64,000 nt of DNA from Yuukianura sp. NJ FZ-2021 (lineage: Eukaryota): assembly GCA_046563655.1 (NCBI GenBank), contig CM102285.1:8308001-8372000 (forward strand), in the 5' to 3' direction. This document shows positions 16,621 through 29,317 of this stretch, one piece after another. Made by a program: the position numbers and the translations under genes. Under the pieces are notes generated by a model. That model had not been told where the DNA came from, did no database searches, and worked only from the letters and a program-made list of their open reading frames with translations. Within the stretch, counting starts at the first letter, position 1, and each line of letters begins with the position of its first letter.

Positions 16621-18714
16621 ATGTACAAACTTAAAGTTTCCCCTCTTCTTTTGAGTCTACTTTCACTTAAAGCTATTTTGGTGAAAGCGTACTTAAGTGC
16701 AGATCTCAATTGTAAACTGTATTCTCGAGGAATGGAATTCCTTGGAAAAATTGTTTCGCCTACAGATATGACACTGAATTTTATCTTTGAGAAATCAGTT
16801 GGTCAATCGCTGTCACTTTGCGTTTCTGAAGAGAAATTAACCAAGGTTTTAGAAAACGGCAGAATTCGGACTTTCACTTACATGCTTCCACGGAAGGAAA
16901 ACATTCGTTCATCCGGTTTGGCTGAAAAAGATGTTCAACGGCGTCACTCTTCATGGAAGCAGGTCAATGTCATTATATTTGGAACAGAATACGCCTCAGG
17001 CAACGGCGACATCGGACAACTGAACGTCGATAGAATGACTCGGGAGAGAGACTTTAATTTTATTCTGGATTTAAGAAATCCTGGATCCCACTCCAATTCC
17101 GATGGCGAATTGCTTTCTCACCCCGCAATCAAAACGTACAAGTTCAAAGTTCAACTGACGCTTGAAAACAATTTGGGACACGCACCGATTCTATACTTCA
17201 AGTCTACCTGTTTCTACTGTCTCAACGGCAGTCCAATTTCAGTTACCGTTTACAACGAACTTCAAAATTCTAAAAACATTCCGCCAATTCAAAATTTATT
17301 CCCAGATTTCACTAAAAACTTTTACGGAAGAATGCTGATAGTGAGGGCTGGAGAAGCCGTACCCATGTTGAATCGTTTCAAAATTGACCCACAAACCAAA
17401 ACACTAATCCCAGTCGGTGGATCTCAACTGCCATTGCTTTGGTCTATGCAGGACAAATTGAACTTTAGCATGACCTTCTCCGAACATACTTTTGGGCGGA
17501 AATTGAATAATGGTTCCTTCGATGGCTTAATAGGGAAAATGCAGGCTGGAGATGGCGATGTGGCCACCGGTGCAGTTTACAACTTGGAGCGTCATCAAGT
17601 TGTTAGTTTTCTAGCTCCGAATACTTATCAATTCATTACGTTCGTCACGAATTTCCCGAAACGGAAAAAGATGTGGCAGAGTATTTTCAGATCATTTACG
17701 TTAAGGGCGTGGATTGCCCTGGGAATCACAATTATGGTTTGTCTTGTACCAGCCTATGCCTTGACCTTTGCATGGGCCATCAGTCGCACTAGAGACAATC
17801 CTAAAATTGGAACACGCAACGTTCATCAAGTGAATTTCAAACGCGGAATTCTTTTGGGATATCGAGAAGGTTTGAGCTTTGTATTCCGTTCGCTAATGGA
17901 ACAAGATTCGAAGAGTCGCGTCAGACGAAATGCCGCACTTGTCTTCATTTTTGTTTCCTGGATGTTTAGCTCCATTATCGTGGGTACTGCCTACAAAAGT
18001 AACCTGATGTCGAACATGGTCACGCCGTTGACAGATGCGGTACCGGAAAGTTTCGAAGAATTAGCAAACAACAAGAAATTTAAGATTTACGCTCACCATG
18101 CAGGAGTTTTGGCTTTACTATTTGCAACGAGCAAGAATCCGCGTGATCTTGAAATTAGTCGCAGAATCATTCTAGAGAAATCCATATCGAATTGCATTGA
18201 ATTTGTACTGAAGTCCACGTCCGCTTGCTTTTCATTTCGAGACGTCTTGTGGGGAGAAACGAATCGAAACTTTGCTGACCGATACGGGAATTTACGTGTA
18301 AAGAAAAATCGAGCCGAGGCGTTTCACGTCACCGTTGGGGTTGTACTTCCGAAGCTGGCAGTATACCATGCAAGTATGGATGCTGTCGTGAAGCGACAGA
18401 ATGACATGGGTCTTACGGAACTATACGTTCGCCAGCAATTGGACACAGCATTGGCTGAAGGCAAGGCTTTTGCTATTGAAAGGCATCAGGAGAAAGCTGA
18501 CGATCAACAACAGCGCGAGAACTTTGTCGTTCTCAGCATGGGACACTTTTCAAGCAGTTTTGGTTTGCTGGCCGTCGGCTGTACGCTTGGTGTGGGAATA
18601 TTTGCTGCTGAAATTGTGTGCAAGAAACGGAAAAGACGTATTTCGAGAAAAAACAGCAAGGTCATACTCAGGTCAGGTAAACATAGAGAGCGACAGCATC
18701 CTTCACAAAATTGA
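16621..18714 (+). CDS. Divergent ionotropic receptor (IR/iGluR-like chemoreceptor), intronless, 697 aa
   Basis: Signal-like N-terminus; S1 FGRKLNNGSFDGLIGKMQAGDGD..ERHQVVSF; M1 after RSFTLRAW; M3 WMFSSIIVGTAYKSNLMSNMVTP; SFEELA; final TM after LSMGHF. Confidence 0.88.
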   Translation: MYKLKVSPLLLSLLSLKAILVKAYLSADLNCKLYSRGMEFLGKIVSPTDMTLNFIFEKSVGQSLSLCVSEEKLTKVLENGRIRTFTYMLPRKENIRSSGLAEKDVQRRHSSWKQVNVIIFGTEYASGNGDIGQLNVDRMTRERDFNFILDLRNPGSHSNSDGELLSHPAIKTYKFKVQLTLENNLGHAPILYFKSTCFYCLNGSPISVTVYNELQNSKNIPPIQNLFPDFTKNFYGRMLIVRAGEAVPMLNRFKIDPQTKTLIPVGGSQLPLLWSMQDKLNFSMTFSEHTFGRKLNNGSFDGLIGKMQAGDGDVATGAVYNLERHQVVSFLAPNTYQFITFVTNFPKRKKMWQSIFRSFTLRAWIALGITIMVCLVPAYALTFAWAISRTRDNPKIGTRNVHQVNFKRGILLGYREGLSFVFRSLMEQDSKSRVRRNAALVFIFVSWMFSSIIVGTAYKSNLMSNMVTPLTDAVPESFEELANNKKFKIYAHHAGVLALLFATSKNPRDLEISRRIILEKSISNCIEFVLKSTSACFSFRDVLWGETNRNFADRYGNLRVKKNRAEAFHVTVGVVLPKLAVYHASMDAVVKRQNDMGLTELYVRQQLDTALAEGKAFAIERHQEKADDQQQRENFVVLSMGHFSSSFGLLAVGCTLGVGIFAAEIVCKKRKRRISRKNSKVILRSGKHRERQHPSQN

Positions 18715-18920
18715 TAGTGCTGTTATTCCTCCAAAAGCGCAATACCGAGCAATATTGAGCTTATTTAAGAAAAAAAATCGGTTTAGTTTAATGCAATTTT
18801 ATTTTCATATTTCTCCAATGTGTTGAAAGAATTACCATTGCTGCATTGCTTACGTTTTCCAGCGATTTTCGCAGAATTACCAACTTTGCTTAAGCATAAA
18901 ATCGTATAAACTTTTACGTT

Positions 18921-21900
18921 CTAAAACTTTCTGGATGTTTCACATGGACAGTCGCGTTCCCAACCACAGAGCTGTTCTTTGGGACAAAATACGGTTCCCG
19001 GTGGACAGTTGAATTGAAAATGTTGAATCGAGTTATGGCTCCTACCATTTAGTACGCAGTTGTGGAAGACAGTACAATCTTCTGGGTCTGGAAACTTTCC
19101 AGGTTTCTTGCATTGAAAATTTTCCGCAGTTACAACTGGTTTGCTCTGGTGTCCTGGACGGGGTGATGTCAATGGCAGGGTTGTTGAAGAACATTCTGAA
19201 AACAGGAAGTGTCCATGAACGCTTAGATTTCCTACGAATAGTTCAACCCTACCATAATACACTAAACGCAATTCGTCACCAACTCAAAAAAAATTAGCCA
19301 TTCAATTTTACCATTTCTTCATATACAGTCCGTTTTTCAAAAGCATTTTTCGCTTATTCGTAGCGATAGCTCACCATTAGTCGGTAGCTGGGCCACTAAA
19401 TCCATGGAGACGCTGCCTTTTTCATTAAACGCGGTGCATTTGTAAATTCCTTCAGATGTGCTACTAAATTTCTCCAGTTTGTAGGCAAAGTAAAATTGTA
19501 CAAGATTTGATGATGTTGATCCTATTTCATGTTGAGGGTTTTGAAAAGTACTACGCAAAGTGGTATGTGAGCGGAAGCTTCGGTGAGCCTTAAAAAAGAA
19601 GCAGATTCAAATAATATTAAAGAACTCCTTGTAACAAATTATTTTGAAGAATCACCGAAGGGGTGAGTGCGGTGTATGTCCAGTTGACCTTTGGTTGAAA
19701 CCTAAGTTGGCCCGCGTAACGTTCCGGAATGCCGACTTCACAAACCAAATACGAGTTGAAGTCTTTCGGAAATTCATATGTGGTTTCAGTATTCGTAATC
19801 ACAGGAACTACTTCATCTATTATTTAAAAAATTGGTTTTTAAAAAAACGTATTCAAACATTCTAATTTAAAAAAAGCGTAACCTGAGCATGCCCCAATTG
19901 CTTCATCTGAGCCATCTAAAGCAAAGGAAATACTGTCATAAATTATCTGGTTCAGTTTGTTCGTTGTTTTTAATCAGTGACAAGGGCAACCTGGACAATG
20001 GGCGCTCCCATCGCACACGCGCAGAGTTGGAATACACGCGGAACCCTTTCCACACCGAAATCTATTCGGATCTCCATCACAGTCTAATAATTAAAAACAA
20101 AGCTAATTAAAATTATTATTTTTAGTTAGATGTTTTTTGTTAACTTACCCTTGCATAGTTCGTACTTTTCGTCAGATCCATCTTCAATGCATTTATTTGT
20201 ATTAATTATATTTTCTTCCAGAGAGTGTAACATGAATTTTAAAACTGTTGAATAAAAATTCTCACCGTCGCAGTCATAGTAGGCGTCACACACCTTGAAA
20301 ATAAAATGTCGTAATTTTAAAAAAAATGTGATTCATAATTTCAATTTTGAATTCTCACCTGAATGCTTTTGATGCATTGTCCATCATTACATCTGAACTG
20401 GTCAGTACTGGGACACTCTAAAAAAATAGCACAGTAGTTATAATGAGGTTTATCTGATTCGGATTTTCAAAGATCACAATAATTTCAGATTTTCCTTGTC
20501 TAGAAAGTTATAAGTATGGTTCACTTTGACACTCCTCTTTTCTTTCGTCGGAACCGTCCAAACACTCTGAAGCTCCAGAGCACTGGAGAAATTTCGATAT
20601 ACACTGTCCATTCTCACATCGGAATTCATCTTGGGTGCAAATCCGGCTGTAATCTTTGAAACAAATGGAAACAATTAAAATTGAAGCAGCATTTGCAACG
20701 GAAAAGCACCGAAACTTTGTTTTGGCTTTAACTTCGGGGCATCTTTGGCAATATTCAATTCATACAATACAAAGTTTGCATTGTTTGAGCATTGTCAAAT
20801 TTTGAGTGTTCGAAATTTGAATGTTTTGAAAATCGGATGTTTGTATTTCAAACACCGGATTTTTCAGAATAACGCTTTTGAATACATTAAAATCACCCTC
20901 CAGCTTTTTTTTGTACATTGTCATTCGTACTTCAGCGAATTCTTACTCTGACAGCGAATTTCATCCGATTTTCCATCCCGGCAGTGGACTCTATGGTCAC
21001 ATACCTGAGTAATTAAATTCAAGTTCCAAAAATTAGTGTCGTACTTTAAGAAAAGCACTTCCTTTTCCTTTCACTTCCTATTATGTAGTACCTTTTCCAT
21101 CGAAATGCACTCGCCACTGTCACATAAAAACTGATTTGGTTCACATTGTCTTTCTAAAATTCGAAAACTATGCTTACAAAAATACGGAATATAAAAATCA
21201 CTCAACTTTTGGTTTTTCTTTTCATTGCTAGTAAGAAATCTTACGAAAGACTTGAAATGGTTGAAATACGCGGATAATTTTTCCCGAATTGACTAATTGG
21301 TCATCCACGTAAACCCCCACCATGTTCGAATTGACCAAAAAACTTTTGGAGGTTTGGGCATCATTTGACCACCCTGAAAAAATCACAGAATACTTTGAGA
21401 AAAACTTTGACGATTTGAGTGAGTTTATAAATTCACCGCTACGATAGTACAGATTTTGACACATCCTTGATTTGATTAGTTAAGAGAATTTTACGAAATT
21501 ACCAAGAGTTTCAGAAGTAGAGCCATTTTGAAACTGGAGAACCAAGACTCTTGGTGATTCAACGAAGACGCCTGACACTGCCTCCAAGGTCACTGTCAGA
21601 ACTGACCCGGAAATTAATGGTTCAAGTTCCGGGTTCGGAACGAGACTCACTTTCAGCAACGCATCTTGTCCAACCTCATCCAAATCCTGCTCCGCTGCAA
21701 ACACAAGCAAAGCGCCAACTCACAGCAATTAGTTTTCTCCAGATTACATAGGGAAATTCAAACATTAAATTAATATTTCCAAATATTAATTAATATTAAT
21801 TAATATTTTTTAGTATTGTTTGTATAATATATGAAAGAAGAACCTACAGTAATAATTTCCATCAAGGCCTTGGAAGAACCAGGTTGAAATTTTTTCGGAT

Positions 21901-23632
21901 TCAGAAGTGCAGATGAGAAGGCCCGACTTGTCCGTAAAGTGAATGACGCTGGCAGTAGCTCTGCCTGATGCGTCAGAATGAACTGGCGATCCTACTTCGA
22001 TTGGACGTTCTCCACAGTCATTTTTACTCTACAGTACCAAAAATAAGAAATATGTTACATAGCGTAGTCAACACGAACCACGCATTCCGCCGTCTAACCT
22101 GGTGGAAACATTTGACAACTTCTGGAGCCTCTTCCATTTTAGCATTGATTTTGTAAAGCTTGACATTGGAACCGGGAATCCCGTAACATTCGGCTCCATC
22201 TCTCCGAAGTAGTTTTATGGTGAGGTCGGGATGCTGCTGGAGATGCGAAGTTTGCACCACATCGATGTCTACAAAAGGCGGAGTGTACCAGTTTCTTTCG
22301 ACTGTGCAGCGATAGTGATGACTTTCCATTCTAAAAAGTAAGGTGTCTTATTACGCTCAAACTCAACAACCGCATTTGGAAGCAAAAGCATAACAACTAC
22401 AACATACTCCCGTAACGCTGAATCCTGGCGCAGAAGAAAACCTTGTTTCGGATCAAAGGCCACCAATTCAGTGTCAACTGGAACATTTTCAAACGCCTCC
22501 TGAATGAAATCATAGTCATAATCACCACTTTCGACTTAAAGTACTCTAAATAATCCCCTTTCAGATTGTTCAGTTTGAATGATGCCGAAAACAATGCTTC
22601 GAAAGATTTAAGCATTGCTACATTCCTAAATGATCCAGGGTATGTACTGCTAGCTGTTAAAGATCCATTTTAGCTGTATCCAGTTCTTACGTAGTCAGGA
22701 TTGAAACGCCAAAGATGTATGGCGTTGTTTGGGTTTGGGCTGACGCATGGAATTTTGGTTTTATTGCCAGCAAGCGAAATTCCCTTCAGCTTTCCTCTCG
22801 TTCCAAGAAGCAAGGTAGAGTCCGCTACCAATCAAAGTGTTGACAATCAGAAAAGTTTAGAAAAAATGCTCTTGGTCATTTCAAATTGCATGCAAAAGTT
22901 ATTGCAAATGACACTTACTTTGGGCGAAAATGAAAAATGTTGAATTGGACAGCGATGGAGTTCCGGAGTAGAAAAGATACTCCCCGGTGGCACTTGCGGA
23001 GAGACGAACGTTGAGGCTGAGAAAGTGACGTGTACCAGAAGAGGGGGTCAAAGGGTCATAGTCATTGGAAACCAAACGCTTCCTGGTTATTCCCACTTTT
23101 GGAACAGCCTTTGGTAATGAAAACAAATTGTGGCATATTTCGCTTAAGTTTTTAAAATTACAGGTGAAATTTTAAGTTTTAATTCCATAAACAAAGATTT
23201 CTGTTACATATTACTGTAAAAAGAAGCAAATCCAGCTACTTACCTCAACGCTATTAATTTCGAATTTGGTGTAAGTTGGTGTGATGCACTCAAAAATGGC
23301 AACTGGTAGTGTTATTTCTGATTTTCGAATTTTGTGTCTGAAATCACCTAAAAAAATCCCATTTCTTTAAATCTAGTTTTAGCGACTATGTGATTTGTAA
23401 TTCTTTTGCAATTTTGCAACAAACCTAGTTTGCTTCGATCCGAATCCACCGGAGGAACCGTATTTTCATTCGTCAATTGAATGTGAAACGTGTTGGTATC
23501 GAGTTCCTCAACCTTAAAATTCGACATTGAATCTGTTCCTTGAAATTCTATGGAACACAATTGCTGACTTTCACTCGATGTAGCAAAGGAAATGCTTGTC
23601 AGTACTATCCAAAGTATTGCTTTCATCTTCAT
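18921..23632 (-). CDS. Secreted modular protein: signal peptide, VEGFR/PVR-like Ig domains, four LDLa repeats, Ig, C-terminal CBM14 chitin-binding domain (many small exons, not all resolved)
   Basis: MKMKAILWIVLTSISFATSSES; IPCVSPNP, FDPKQGF, YRC Ig motifs; LDLa units CEPNQFLCDSGECI..SDE, CTQDEFRCENGQCI..DGSDE, CPSTDQFRCNDGQCI..DGSDE, CDGDPNRFRCGKGSACI..DGSDE; EGIYKCTAFNEKG; FQCKKPGKFPDPEDCTVFHNC..FNCPPGTVFCPKEQLCGW. Confidence 0.7.
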
Positions 23633-24891
23633 TTTAAATTTAATTACTACCACTTAGGATTTAAATAAAAATATGTACTTGACGCTTCAAAATGAAAAAT
23701 CTTCCTTGATTAATTCAACCCAAATAATTTATCAGCTAACTTTTGTAAATCGAAACTTGAAAATGCTTAGGACAAGTCAGCGTAAAATCCAATTTGGAAG
23801 TTGCAGAAACTTAAGTAGAATTTCGAATTCCAACATGTTGTTCTTAAATGGCAAATATTTCGCCAAGTCTGGAATAACTTGTTTTAAGTTCCAACATCAT
23901 CGGTTGAAGTGATTGTCGTCAAATCATCTTGCGTTTGAAAACTGATGTTTTGAAGTCGATGATCTCGTTCACAGCGGTTCGTTTAAGTCAATGTTCCCAT
24001 TTTAAGGTAAACGAGTTGTCAATTAACTAACTCGTTAAGACAAGTACGTAATTAATTAGTAGTGTGCGTGCTTCTCATACATGCTTCTGCTTTTAACTAC
24101 AGTAGTTTAATCTCAGAACAAGTCATTCCATTCGCTACAAATGCTGCATACATTGGAAGCCTGAAGATTGTCGAGTCATGGGTTTTTAATTGAATCGATA
24201 TTACTTTTAACATTTTGATTTTTAAAACTTATTAATATATGTTTCGAAAGATTCCTAATAAACAAACTTATTTTTCTTTTGACATTTGTGGGGGAAAGGA
24301 ATAAATTAAAATGTTTTCGACAAAAAATGTTGCGGTTGTCGGAGACAAAAAAACAAGTTTGGAATTAAGTGCCAATTTTTAGACAAAGCCTTTTACTAAC
24401 CACCCCGACGAATGGAAACATGAAAACAAGTTTTGGGTTTTGAGATAAAGGAGCTACTGAATTGGTTATTATCGTTTAAATCGCAGTTTGAAAATTATCT
24501 GTGTACTTTTAAACCGATGAGGATGGTTGAACTTCTTCGTTTATCAATTTCGAACTTTGAAATTAAAATAGAAACCTAACGATAGGAAACAGAAAAAGTA
24601 ACCTAACTTTAAACCGCATTGAAATTTGACGGTATACGAGGGAGGATATTTCTCTTGAATCTACCAATCATGGCTTGTTGCGACATGGGTGAAATCACTG
24701 TATTACACCGGGGTAACAGATTTACAGATCTCGACGCATGCGCAAATTTGGATTTTAAACTTTTCAAAGTTTCACACAAAGAAAAGGAAGGGTTTCCTTT
24801 TAAGGGATTTTAAACTATGCCTTTAAGCAGTTTCACACAAAACGAAAAGGAAGGGTTTTCTTAATAGTCCGTTCTACATTATTCATTTCAG

Positions 24892-25472
24892 ATCCACCAT
24901 TGTCACATCTCAACATTTACACACTGGACATATTTTGTTCTCAAAAACATTTCCATCAATGTTGTTAAGCTATCTAAGAGACAAGACCCGCCCAGCGTGC
25001 AGCGTCTCAGATGCTGTAAACAAGGGTAGGGTTAACATTGGCTCTCATGTAGATATTATTAATGGCGAGGAAATAAGACTTGTAGTTACAAGAGGTAATG
25101 TTTTTTTTATAATTTGTTCCTGATTTGTTTCTTAAATTTTAACTTCATTTTGATCCATTACTTTCAAATGCAGAGCATGGCGTAGCATTTTCGTGGCTCC
25201 TGACACCCAAACATGGTGACAAAAGGTGTACTATGAGAAGGTACGATGATACCAATTTATTAGAGATAAAGGGGGCATTGCATTTGCCAAATTCGGGGGA
25301 ACTTCTCTACGGCACGCATGTACATGTCGTATTCCAGCCAGGCGGTAAGGAAACGATTTTAAATAAAATTTGTAAACAAAATTAAGCACAAACTTCTATC
25401 GTTGAAACAGTTTACGAAAGAGTAATGACCATTCTGGATAGTTTGATCCCCCAGGAAAAAGTCCTCCCAATT
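24892..25472 (+). pseudogene. Three in-phase exons of an unidentified gene or gene relic
   Basis: Exons 24892-25094, 25174-25344 and 25411-25472 join by canonical GT-AG introns into a stop-free frame; no start exon found. Confidence 0.45.
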
Positions 25473-25567
25473 GTAAGTATCGTTTTATTTCATTTTTTTT
25501 TTGCATGCAGCTAAAAATGATAATAATGCTAGTGACAATTAATGTAATATGTAGTAGTTTTTAATAG

Positions 25568-26194
25568 TGTTACGGTTGCTCTCACTGAACCGACTAAAAC
25601 TCTCTTGGACTGACCCGAATTGACCTACTAAATGCCAATACTCATCTGACCTACTCAATAACTGAACTCTAAAACAACAACTCGGAACTCTCAAAGGTCA
25701 TAAGGTCATTGATTTATTTGAAACGTACGAATACGAAATACATGCATCTAGCCACCAAGGCTGGAGATCAGAGCAAACCAATTGCTCAGACAGACTGAAC
25801 ACTCTACTGAGTGAGTGAGTACACTGAGTACACTGACTACTGAGTAACTCTAACATGGGCGTAACCTGTATTTATAGGGTCTGAAACTGTCGACTAAGCT
25901 AAATTTAGAACTAAAACTGGAACTAACTGGAACTGGACATTACACACAACTTGTTTAGGGCATTGAACTCTAACGAAACTCATAAGTTACTTGAACTTGC
26001 AAACTGAACAAAAGACTAAAGACATAAGTTGCATACTTAACTAGACTCGACAAAAGGCAAAACACATAAGTTGCATAATTAACTAGACTTGACAAAAGGC
26101 ATAACACGTAAGTTGCATAACGTGAAACTTAACATAATCTGTATATATACCACTTTTGGTATATCTGGAAGAACTGAATTTTGCTCTCGTAACA
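25568..26194 (-). mobile_element. Solo LTR (Gypsy-like)
   Basis: TGTTACG...CGTAACA termini, 4-bp ATAG duplication on both sides, minus-strand TATAAAT (~25870) and AATAAA (~25713), internal tandem repeats, no coding sequence. Confidence 0.85.
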
Positions 26195-27012
26195 ATAGCA
26201 TGCAAATGTAATATTAACAATTCTGGTGCTCTGCTTGGGGTTAAATGCATTTAATCGGTTTTAAGGTGAAACACAGCAGCTTTAGGGGCCTGTAAACATG
26301 CAATGCTTTTTATACGACTTTGGTATTGTTCAAAACATGGTATGGATTGCTTTCAATAGATTCTAGTGTTCACTTTTATTTTAATGCTGTATTTTCAACA
26401 AAAAAATATATATTTTTTTAAGTTGCTATATTTTATTTTTAAGGAGTGACGACTTTCTGAGGATCAATCAACATTTGGGATTCCCTGCCTTACTCTGGAA
26501 TAATAATTTAATTGGCTAATGTATAAAATACAATTCAGAGAATTAAAAATGAAAAAAAAAAAGCAAGCATTAATATTTTTGGTTTCTTAATTTCTGTTTG
26601 CCATTTTCAGCGATTGATTTCTTTTCTTTCTCCTGAACACCATCGAGTATGTTTTTCAAATTATTTTTTACTGAACCAGTCAACATTCAAAGTGGCTAAA
26701 ATCCCCTCTTTTTGGTATATCTTTTCAATTTGAAATGGAAATTGACTATTTCAAGTTTTCATTTCTTCCAACCGTCACTTCCAAACCTGCTCCTGTGCTC
26801 CTTCTGGTCGCTTTGAGCACAGTTTCCGCAGGAGCTAACGTGTCCCTTTCACAAAAACTTTTTTTAAAAAAAGGTGAAAAGCCTATTTTAAGACTTGTGC
26901 TTATTCAAAGCGTCAATAATCCTCCACTTCTCAACACAAAAAAAAAGTTAGACCCTTTCTAAAAAAAACTTTGTCCCGATTTTGGTGAGAACAAAAATTG
27001 AGTCCACTAAGC

Positions 27013-27549
27013 GGTTGAAGTAAACTTGGGCCCCCCGCCTGTCCCCACCCGTTCAAATTTTCGCGCTGCTCCCATTGTACCCACCCAGTGTCCCCACCGG
27101 ATGGATGCATTTGTCCCCACCACAATCAAAAGCGGCACGTCCACCTAGCGGCAATACAGTAACCTCTGAATTCAAGCTGGCAACGTTTTTTTCCTTTTTG
27201 ATTAGGTTAATCCTGTTATATTTTCCCGCGCCGAAGGCGCGGCGTTAGGTTTGGTTAAGCATGCAATACTGATTACGTCTGTAAGTTATAAGTTATTGTG
27301 TTTCGCTATGTTGATTAAATCTGCCCTGGGTGGGTACAATGGAGAAATGCTACAACGTTGCCAGCTCGAATTCGCTAGTTCCACTTCAGACGCCAGGGGG
27401 ACTCGGTGTAGGGCTGGTGGGTACACATTTGCCCCCACCAAGTGGGGACATTTGTCCCCACCAGGTGGGTACAATGGGTGGGGACAATTGAAGCAGCGCG
27501 AAGATTTGAACGGGTGGGGACAGGCGGGGGGCCCAAGTTTACTTCGACC
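27013..27549. mobile_element. MITE with GGTTGAAGTAAACTT termini
   Basis: ~110-bp inverted arms; 8-bp TSD CACTAAGC at 27005-27012 and 27550-27557. Confidence 0.93.
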
Positions 27550-29317
27550 CACTAAGCAACTAAGCTTCACCTTTGTTCTCGAGGTCCAAATCTCTTTAAC
27601 TTTTCTTTAAAAAATTCCATTTGTTCTAAATTTTGACCCCACTTTTGGAACAGGTCGTTGAGTGTTAAGAAGTTGTTTTGTTTATTTTGGTAAACTATAG
27701 GCGTTAGCTCAGATCTGCTGAAGTCAATTTCCGTTTTCGCTTTCACATTTTAACAATTTTAAGCCTGATATTAGTACGCAATCAGTTTCTCTTTCTCCCC
27801 CGAGAAACGGAGAGGAACTGAATTTCTTTTCAATTTAGGTTTTCTTCAACTTGTAGTGAAAGCGTGTAGTTGAGAAGAATATATTGGACATTCTATTATG
27901 TAATATATGAAAAATTTTCATACAAATTTCGGAATGAGCTTCAGTTGCAAGATAAAATTAAAAAACTGAATTGTTAAAATCCTTGGGTGTACAAAAATTA
28001 ACAAATATGAAATGTGCGTATCGCGTAAAGTGTGGATTAGTAAAGTAACCAATGACGCCAATCTCATACCACTAGTAGTAGTCGCAGTCGCAACTGATAA
28101 AAATTTAGTCAATACTTATAGTGTACATTGCAACCGTTCAAAGAGCTTTAACATGAAATTTTAGAAGTGCCACTCGACTCAAGAAGTCTAATAAAAGAAT
28201 ATGGAGGTCAAAGTTCATTCCTTTGTTTTAGACTTAAGGCTGGGTAGCTTACTGTAAAGCAGCATACACTGCATGTTTCAATCACCTACCCCTTAGTAAT
28301 ACGCATCCTAAAATACTGGAAGCAAACCACAGGGACCTAACAGTACTTACCAAAACGGTTTCAAGGCGTGAGTCACCTTACTTCTAATCCAAACATGGTT
28401 TTTCTTTTGTTTCTTCGGACTTTTTGCTTTTGCTGACTCAGTAGTCGCATAAATTGTTGGTGCATTTGAGACAGTACCAGTTTTGCAATGAATTATTACA
28501 GAGCTGTTAAATCTTGTTGTTGGCACAAACGTTAAGTGCTTATTTTTATGTGATTATCGGTGACCTTGAAATGGCAATTGACATTTAAATTCACTTTACT
28601 CTCAAAACCGTATTATAAAAAAGGAAAACAGTTTGAAAACATTGTGCATTTTCCATTTAAAAAGATTTTTTGTCTGGAAAATTGTGCATTGAGAATAAAT
28701 TAACTTTTGTCAATGTCATTTGAGTTAGCGTGTTGTGGTTTACGTTTGGATGACACAGGAACTTGGTTTAAGTTGATTAACGATACCACAACAGGGGTCA
28801 GACCAATCTAGCAGTGGAGAAGTAAATGACTGGTTGCAGTAATTAGCGCTGCAAGTTTTTAGTTTTCAAATTTACTTTTTGGTTCCTGTTTGTACCGACG
28901 TTAGAAAGGCGCTGCACGTCGAACCGCAAGAAACAATTTTTGACGAAAACAAAATTTAGCAAACAATTTGACGATTTTATAACGTTTTATTGTCGGATGC
29001 CGGTCAAAGGTTAAGTAGGAGCGCAATAGTGTTTCGTGAAGAGCGCGTTTACTGGTTGTTCCTTTTTAAAGTTGGATTTGTGTTGCATTTTGCATATTTC
29101 ATAAATGCATTCGTGGAGAAGGTTGACGAGGTGAAGATGACGATGACAACAAACTGCTATAGTGACAGAATCCAGGAAAGTCCAGAGGGAACAAACAGTT
29201 TAGTCATTGAGTAAAGTGCAGTGTATACGGTGTATCCTTGATCTGTCCTGGACAGGACCACTAGTTGTCATTCAACTGTTTATTGCATAGTGACCATATC
29301 CTCTTCAGTTTTTCGTC

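Noticed and set aside
24635..26715. Large TIR element enclosing the orphan exons (TACGAGGG-like left end)
   Set aside because: No matching inverted right end or TSD could be identified.
26931..27610. ORFs of 64-119 aa with GWGQ/GG motifs
   Set aside because: They are translations of the MITE arms and appear on both strands because of the inverted repeat.
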